Positions 38,445 through 44,308 of a stretch of DNA of 44,308 nucleotides are shown here, in pieces. Each line of letters starts with the position of its first letter. The stretch's first letter is position 1. Below the pieces are notes generated by a model, which saw only the letters and a list, made by a program, of their open reading frames with translations, did not search any database and was not told the DNA's origin. Origin of the DNA: an uncultured Roseivivax sp. (lineage in GTDB: Bacteria > Pseudomonadota > Alphaproteobacteria > Rhodobacterales > Rhodobacteraceae). The stretch is taken from assembly GCA_964612785.1 (NCBI GenBank), contig CAZTEV010000004.1, forward strand, positions 1-44,308, read 5' to 3'. The translations under genes were made by a program, and so were the position numbers.

Positions 38445-40247
38445 TCAGCCAAGTCCAAAGAGCGCCAGGAGCGGCAGCACCAGAAGGAAGCCCATATCGC
38501 CCATGCCGCCGCCATCTCCGCCGCCGCCACCGCCGCTCTTTTCCTCTTCCTCCTCCTCGTCCTCTTCCTCGGCGTTCTGCGCCTGCGGCGCGGGCGCGCT
38601 CGTGGTCATCAGCGCCGCCACATCGTCCCCCGAGATGGCGGGCGCTTCCTCGGCTACCGGTTGCGCTTCGGGTTCAGGCGCGGCCTCGGGCTCGGGCACG
38701 ACGTTTTGCGGATCGGCATCGGCCTCGCGCATCACCTCTGCGAAGTCGTCCGTCGCGGTGAAGCCGTCGATGACCACATGCATGATCTCTCCGGGCTTCA
38801 GATCGGCGATCAGCACGCCATCCTGGATCGCGTCCTCAAGAGGGATCTCGGTCAGCACTGCGTCGGAGCTGTTGTCGCCCGGGGATTGCCCGTCCTCGAC
38901 GCCCAGAACCCTGATCGTCGCCGAGGAGATGGAGGTGAACATCTGGGTCAAGTCGATCTCTTCGACGGCCTGGGTGTCGCTGATCGAGGCGATGAAGAAC
39001 ACGACCTCGTCCTCGCCGTAGAAGCCATGCACATCCGCCGTCTCACCCACAGCCTCGGTCTCGCGACTGTCGGCGTCGAAATCGAGGATGGCCTTTCCGG
39101 GCAGGCTGTCCGACATCATCGAGAACATCTCGCCCGGCGTGGTCAGCTCTTCGTAGGTGAAGCCTTCGCAGAGCGTGTTGGCGGTGTTTTGCAGAAGCGG
39201 CCAGACCTGCGCCTGATCGACGCCCATATAGACCATCTCCTCGAGAGTGTTCAGCATCTCGTGGGACTGGTACAGGCCGTAATCGTCTTCGCGGTCGTAA
39301 TGGCCTGAATTTCCTGCCTGATTCCACTCGGTCACATAGACGTCGATATCGTCGAACTCCTCGCCCCAGGTCTGTTCGACCATGTCGAGCTGGAAGGTGC
39401 GGCTGCCGGGATTGACGCTGCCCTTGGAGTAGAGGTGCGTCACGACGCCATCGACGGCGTCCTTCGCTTCGTCGGTTTCGAAGGAGTGCAGGATCAGCTC
39501 GTTCGCCACCAGCGTCCAGTTAATGGAGCCCGAGGAACCCACGATCTCGTCGCCGAAATCGGTGCCGTAATCGGCGTTCAGCGCAGCGACGATGTCGTCG
39601 GCATTATCGTATTCGGCGTAGTCGTCGGTCAGCGAGGCGTAGTTGTAATTGTAGCCCGATTGCACGATCAGATCGATCTCCGCCGCTTCGGGATGCTCGT
39701 CCGCCATAAACGACAGCTCGTCGTCGATGATGCGCGTCATCTCGGCGGCGAGGCGGCCATATTCGACCGACGACATCTCGCCCGAGCCCCAGTATTCGTT
39801 GCCGATCTCGAAGGCGTCGATGGTCGCATCGCCATAGACGCCGCTGACCACGTCGTTGACGAAGCCGCGCAGGGCGTCCTCGTCGAGGTCAACGTAGCGG
39901 TCGCCGTTTTCATCCGTCTCTTCGGACAGGAAGTTGCGCGTAGGCAGCACGATGACCGCTGACAGCCCCTCCTCTGCGGCGAAGGACATGAAGTCCGACA
40001 GCGAGATGAAGGCGCATTCCTCGCCCTCCTCGTCCACCTTGATCTCGGCGTCTGGGTTGGTGATGTCGAAGTAGTTCTCGGTCAGCGAGCCGCCGGGATA
40101 GCGCAGCGAGGTGACGCCCAGATCCTCGACCAGCTCGGCGAAGGCCGTCTCGTCGCTCAGGTCGTCGCGGGAGGCCAGGATGTTGCCGCCGAAATGCGCC
40201 TCGGTAAATGTGGCGTCGAGTGCCTCATGTGCGGTCAGAGTTACCAT
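38445..40247 (-). CDS. clan GH-A glycoside hydrolase-like protein with acidic linker and Gly-rich hydrophobic C-terminal tail
   Basis: SLRYPGGS, FEIGNEYWG (N150-E151, acid/base-like), VTHLY, VYVTEWN (E307, nucleophile-like), resembling GH51/GH79. Tail EEEEEEKSGGGGGGDGGGMGDMGFLLVLPLLALFGLG. RBS GAGGTG. Confidence 0.7.
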   Translation of the reverse strand: MVTLTAHEALDATFTEAHFGGNILASRDDLSDETAFAELVEDLGVTSLRYPGGSLTENYFDITNPDAEIKVDEEGEECAFISLSDFMSFAAEEGLSAVIVLPTRNFLSEETDENGDRYVDLDEDALRGFVNDVVSGVYGDATIDAFEIGNEYWGSGEMSSVEYGRLAAEMTRIIDDELSFMADEHPEAAEIDLIVQSGYNYNYASLTDDYAEYDNADDIVAALNADYGTDFGDEIVGSSGSINWTLVANELILHSFETDEAKDAVDGVVTHLYSKGSVNPGSRTFQLDMVEQTWGEEFDDIDVYVTEWNQAGNSGHYDREDDYGLYQSHEMLNTLEEMVYMGVDQAQVWPLLQNTANTLCEGFTYEELTTPGEMFSMMSDSLPGKAILDFDADSRETEAVGETADVHGFYGEDEVVFFIASISDTQAVEEIDLTQMFTSISSATIRVLGVEDGQSPGDNSSDAVLTEIPLEDAIQDGVLIADLKPGEIMHVVIDGFTATDDFAEVMREADADPQNVVPEPEAAPEPEAQPVAEEAPAISGDDVAALMTTSAPAPQAQNAEEEDEEEEEEKSGGGGGGDGGGMGDMGFLLVLPLLALFGLG

Positions 40248-40354
40248 GACGCCACCTCGGAGATATGCGAGGTGACCGAATGACCGGCTGGGGCGAAATA
40301 GAGGGTCAGCGTCTTACCGGCAGATCCGTCGCGAATGATAATGGCAGTTTTCAT
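40241..40354 (-). CDS. putative 37-aa small ORF overlapping the hydrolase start
   Basis: AGGAG-tgcaaa-ATG, then MKTAIIIRDGSAGKTLTLYFAPAGHSVTSHISEVASW*. The TGG TAA end overlaps the hydrolase ATG (ATGGTAA). Confidence 0.4.
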   Translation of the reverse strand: MKTAIIIRDGSAGKTLTLYFAPAGHSVTSHISEVASW

Positions 40355-40998
40355 TTTGCACTCCTGGTGAATTGAGGCTCCTCGACGTTTGCGAGGCATG
40401 TCTAATTCGACCGGGATTGGTGCTATTTTTGAATATTACGAAACGGACAGTTTCATTTCCAAAAATCTATTCACCTATATCAATTGTCATGTTCGAAATT
40501 CAGATGGGGTGAGTTTACAATTCAGACGCTTATTGTGAATTGTGTTCTCGAATATATCGAATGCCGATTGGCCAGGGGCTGAGTGAGGCGGAGTATCATC
40601 CATGGGGAAATGGAACCTGATCCGTTTCAACCCGAGAGGCCCCGCTAGCCTTTCGGGCATAAAGGTGTCGAAAATGAGATGATCTGCGCGCAGAGGCGCC
40701 GGTTCAAAAGACTACAGTCGGGTGCGCCCGCCGATTCCCGAAAAGACCGATCCTTTCGGGTCATTCCTCTCAAAGGGCGTTTTCGGCGCTGCCCGTTCGA
40801 TGCTGACAGGTCTCGAAAGTATATTCGCAATGTCAGGATTGCATTCGCGCAATACCGTCGCACCGCCGCCTATCCGGTTACACGACTGCCCCGATCGGGG
40901 CCCGCCGGGCACATTCCTTTCATCGCAGAACGCGGGCCCCAAGGCCGCCTCTGAGAGCCCCCGAACCCTGCCGCGAGGCAGCCTTGAAAGGAACCGAC

Positions 40999-41511
40999 AT
41001 GACGACACCCAAGCTTCCGACCCTGCTTTCGCTGGCCTCGGCAGTCTGTCTCTCGCTGGTGGGCGCGCAAGCCCAGGCCGAGACGCTGACCAGCGATCTG
41101 ACCTACCGCATCGTCGCGGCTGCCGAAGACGGCACCGAGGCCCTGATCGACCGCGACAGCGTGCGTCCGGGCGAGATGCTGCAGTTTGAAATCACCCATG
41201 CCAACGGCACCGAAGCCGACATCGAAGGTCTGAGCGTCGCGCTGCCCGTGCCCGCAGGCGTGACGGTGGTGCTTGGCGCGCAGACGTCTTCCGTGCCAGC
41301 CGCATTCGAGGTGCAGGCCGAGATGGATCCCGAGACCCCGGGTCTCGAATGGTCGGCGCTGCCCGCCTCCCGCACCGTGATCGACGCCGATGGAACGGCG
41401 CGCACCGAACCCCTTCCGGCCGAGGCGGTGACCGCCGTTCGCTGGAACTTCGAATCCGCTCTGGCGAGCGGTGAGACCGCCCTCAACGCCTATCGGGTGG
41501 TCGTCAACTGA
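40999..41511 (+). CDS. secreted single-domain DUF11-like protein (lacks the terminal strands)
   Basis: RBS GAAAGGA, signal peptide ending AQAQA, VRPGEMLQFEITHAN...LSVALPVPAG...VRWNF..ALASGETALNAYRVVVN. Confidence 0.75.
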   Translation: MTTPKLPTLLSLASAVCLSLVGAQAQAETLTSDLTYRIVAAAEDGTEALIDRDSVRPGEMLQFEITHANGTEADIEGLSVALPVPAGVTVVLGAQTSSVPAAFEVQAEMDPETPGLEWSALPASRTVIDADGTARTEPLPAEAVTAVRWNFESALASGETALNAYRVVVN

Positions 41512-41570
41512 GCGCCGAGCGCCCCTGCTTCGATGCCTCTTCTCTCCCTGTCTCTCTTTAAGCCCTAGAA

Positions 41571-44192
41571 ATGGATAACCCTGTGAAACATCGCACCTTC
41601 TTCCGCACGACCAGCGCGCTTGCGCTGGCCTCCGTCCTGGGGGTCGCCGCACATGCCGCGACGCCCGAGGCGGGCTCCGTCATCGGCAACCAGGCCACCG
41701 CGACCTATGTGAACGGCGCGGGCGACACGATCACCGTGACCTCGAACAAGGTCGAGACCGTGGTCCAGCAGATCGCGGGTCTCTTGCTGACCGCCGACAA
41801 CAGCGAAGAGATCGCGCCGGGCGGCAAGGCCTTCCTGCCGCACATCGTGACCAACACCGGTAACGGCGCGGACGCGTTCGACCTGACCGCTGTCGAAGGC
41901 TCGGGCGATTTCGACTTCGCCTCGGTCGTCATCTACGCCGATGCCGACATGGACGGTGTGGCCGACAACGCAACGCCCATCACCGAGACCCCGGTCCTGG
42001 CCGCGGGCGAGCGCTTCGGCATCGTCATCGTGACCACCACGCCCGCCACCGCAACGGCAGGCCAGACCGAGACGGTCACCCTGACCGCCACCAGCCAGCT
42101 CGACGGCACCGAGACCGTCACCAACCTCGACACCCTGACCGTCGCCACCGGCGCGATCATGGAACTCGTCAAGTCGATGAGCGTCGACAAGAGCGCGGGC
42201 GACCCGACCATCGTCGATGCGGGCGACACGGTCACCGTGACGCTGACCTACTCCAACACCGGCCTGTCGGCCTCGACCGGCTACACCGTCAGCGACGTGA
42301 TCGACGCGCGTCTGCCCTACACGCTCAGCTCGGCCCAGTGGTCGGACGCGACCGTGGCAGGCGGGCTCGATGAATCGAACGGCGCGCTGGTCGATGCCAC
42401 CAACGGCGTGGGCGAGACCATCGCCTGGCAGGCCGATGCGGCCTCCAACACCGTGCAGTTCGAAATCTCCAGCGTCGCCCCCGGCCGGACCGGCAGCGTG
42501 ACGTTCGAGGCCACCATCGGCGCGCTGGCCGAAGCGGGCCTGATCGAGAACACCGCGACGCAGCTCGACGCGTCCGGCGCCTATCCGAACTCGAACACCG
42601 CATCGGTGGAAGTCGATGCGCAATACGTTCACGTCATCGACGACAGCTTCACGCAATCCGACCTGTCGGTTCTGCGCTCCTCGACCGATGACGACGCGGC
42701 GAATGACAGCGTGCTCGAGACCACCGATACCGCGCAGGGCGGCACGGTCGTCTTCGAATTCGTGCTCGGCAACGACTCGAACCAGAACGATGCCTACACC
42801 CTCGACGTGAGCAACCTCGACTTCCCGGCAGGGACCACCTTCCGCATCGTCGGCGCCGATGGCGCAACGCCCATCGTCGGTGAAATCCCGCTCGCGGCCG
42901 GCACAGGCACCAAGGTCAACCTGATCGCGACCCTGCCCGCCAACACCGCACCCGCGGCAGCAGGCACGACCAACTACACCGCGACGATCGAGGCCACCTC
43001 GACCCAGAGCGGCAACGTCAACACCTCGACGGCCGAGTTCACCGGCGCGGTCCTGGCGGCGACGGTCGACCTGACCAATGCGGTCGCAGGCTCCGAAGGC
43101 ACGGGCGACAACCCCGACAACGCGGGCACCCCGTGGGTCACCACGACCGCCGATCCGGGCGAGACCGTGATCTACCCGCTCGAGCTTGCGAACCAGGGCA
43201 CCACGTCGGACAACTACAACCTGACGCTGGCCGCTCCGCTGCCTGCCGGTTGGACCTATGAGTTCCAGCTTGCCGACGGCACGGTCGTGACCAACACCGG
43301 CACCATCCCCGCAGGACAGAGCGCGACGATCAACCTCGTCATCACGCCGGCGGAAGATGAAGTTCCGGGCACCACGTCCTTCGAGATCGTCGCCACCTCG
43401 CCCATCTCGGGCCAGAGCGACAGCATCGTCGACGCGCTGACCGTCAACACCATCGTCGACCTCGCGATCTCCGCGGATCAGACGACCCAGGCGGCCCCGG
43501 GCGGCGTCGTGGACATCCTCCACACCGTGACGAACGAAGGCAACATCACGATCACCGAAGGTGCGCTGACCCAGACCGGCCTGTCGCAGTTCTCGGGCGT
43601 GATCTACCTCGACCAGAACGGTGACGGCGTGCTCGATCCGACCGATCCGGTGATCGACAACATCGACGACATCGCAGGCGGCATCGCCCCGGGTGACACG
43701 GTGCAGCTGATCTACCGCGTCCAGGTGGGCTCCGTGCCCGGCGTCGCGGAAACCGGCACGATCGCAATCGACACGGCGCTCAACAGCGGTGCCGCAACCG
43801 ATGGCGACACGCTCGACAACGCGGTGGAAGACCAGGTCGTGGTCGTCTCGGGTGACGTGACCCTGACCAAGTACCAGGCCATCGACCCCGATTGCGACGG
43901 CAACCCCGGCGTCTTCACCAAGGAGCGTCAGGCCGTCGAGCCCAACCAGTGCATCCGCTACCGGATCGTTGCGGCCAACACCGGCACCGCCTCTGTCGAC
44001 AATGTCGTCATCAAGGACATCGTGCCGGCCTACACCGCTTACGAGACCTGCGGCGCGCTTTGCGACGCGGCTGTCACCCCGGCGACCGGCACGCTGAACG
44101 TGACCGGCAACCCGCTGATCGAGAGCACCCATGGCGCGCTCGTCCCCGGTGCCGATGCCTCGCTCGAGTTCACGGTCCGCGTCGATCCCTGA
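41571..44192 (+). CDS. large secreted DUF11/Ig-like repeat surface protein (putative filament subunit or adhesin)
   Basis: Signal peptide ending AAHA. Thr/Ala/Val/Asp-rich. Repeated PG.....(h)..N.G...D modules, DUF11 motifs (LVKS...GDTVTVTLTYSNTG...VSD...PG..GSVTF...IENTA) and DxDxDG Ca-loop-like motifs. Start may be GTG at 41583. Confidence 0.85.
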   Translation: MDNPVKHRTFFRTTSALALASVLGVAAHAATPEAGSVIGNQATATYVNGAGDTITVTSNKVETVVQQIAGLLLTADNSEEIAPGGKAFLPHIVTNTGNGADAFDLTAVEGSGDFDFASVVIYADADMDGVADNATPITETPVLAAGERFGIVIVTTTPATATAGQTETVTLTATSQLDGTETVTNLDTLTVATGAIMELVKSMSVDKSAGDPTIVDAGDTVTVTLTYSNTGLSASTGYTVSDVIDARLPYTLSSAQWSDATVAGGLDESNGALVDATNGVGETIAWQADAASNTVQFEISSVAPGRTGSVTFEATIGALAEAGLIENTATQLDASGAYPNSNTASVEVDAQYVHVIDDSFTQSDLSVLRSSTDDDAANDSVLETTDTAQGGTVVFEFVLGNDSNQNDAYTLDVSNLDFPAGTTFRIVGADGATPIVGEIPLAAGTGTKVNLIATLPANTAPAAAGTTNYTATIEATSTQSGNVNTSTAEFTGAVLAATVDLTNAVAGSEGTGDNPDNAGTPWVTTTADPGETVIYPLELANQGTTSDNYNLTLAAPLPAGWTYEFQLADGTVVTNTGTIPAGQSATINLVITPAEDEVPGTTSFEIVATSPISGQSDSIVDALTVNTIVDLAISADQTTQAAPGGVVDILHTVTNEGNITITEGALTQTGLSQFSGVIYLDQNGDGVLDPTDPVIDNIDDIAGGIAPGDTVQLIYRVQVGSVPGVAETGTIAIDTALNSGAATDGDTLDNAVEDQVVVVSGDVTLTKYQAIDPDCDGNPGVFTKERQAVEPNQCIRYRIVAANTGTASVDNVVIKDIVPAYTAYETCGALCDAAVTPATGTLNVTGNPLIESTHGALVPGADASLEFTVRVDP

Positions 44193-44210
44193 TCGCTGAC
44201 ACGAAAGAAA

Positions 44211-44241
44211 GCTCTCCCGCCGCCCAGGCGCGCGGGGGAGC
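44211..44241 (+). other. GC-rich hairpin after the DUF11 gene (no U-tract)
   Basis: GCTCTCCCGCCGCC-ca-GGCGCGCGGGGGAGC, an imperfect stem. Confidence 0.45.
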
Positions 44242-44308
44242 CCCCTCTGCCCGAGATTTTCTCAGATTTCCGAAGGCCTCACCAGCCGCCCCGCCTTTTC
44301 AGCCCCCC

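Noticed and set aside
38500-38575. Low-complexity CCG/TCC runs as a tandem repeat or contingency locus
   Set aside because: They encode the poly-Gly and poly-Glu tail of the hydrolase using mixed codons.
40645-41008. Short ORFs in the divergent spacer (40645-40863, 40679-40954, 40712-41008)
   Set aside because: No convincing RBS, atypical composition, mutually overlapping, no motifs.
41586-41610. Tat signal in the large DUF11 protein (KHRTFFR)
   Set aside because: No twin arginine; the segment fits an ordinary Sec signal peptide.
1-44308. CRISPR array, transposase, prophage or defence genes
   Set aside because: No regularly spaced repeats or corresponding protein motifs were seen by eye.

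Overview
High-GC alphaproteobacterial (Rhodobacteraceae-like) chromosomal window with three parts. (1) 1-11.5 kb is housekeeping: 5-formyl-THF cyclo-ligase (partial), mgtE, guaD, a second purine-type deaminase, hisN, an XRE regulator, a quinone oxidoreductase, a class IV aminotransferase coupled to a sulfotransferase-like gene, LysR with DUF1127, BI-1/YccA and tRNA-Thr(TGT). (2) 11.6-37.8 kb is a C2-metabolism block: a peptide-type ABC importer with two binding proteins, a complete beta-hydroxyaspartate cycle cluster (bhcABCD plus bhcR), and directly beside it a minus-strand run of tctCBA, an oxalate-CoA ligase-like gene, a PanE2/oxalyl-CoA reductase-like gene, a USP and an RND pump, with a divergent ScfR/PrpR-type regulator. 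Together these suggest oxalate -> glyoxylate -> oxaloacetate assimilation without carbon loss. (3) 38-44.3 kb is an accessory cell-surface region: a clan GH-A hydrolase-like protein with a Gly-rich hydrophobic C-terminal tail, preceded by a coupled 37-aa ORF, and divergently a secreted DUF11/Ig-repeat operon. The large protein of that operon has a split DUF11 domain (the strands missing at its C-terminus are present at its N-terminus), which points to a head-to-tail, possibly isopeptide-crosslinked filament. All assignments come from motif recognition by eye; no searches were run.
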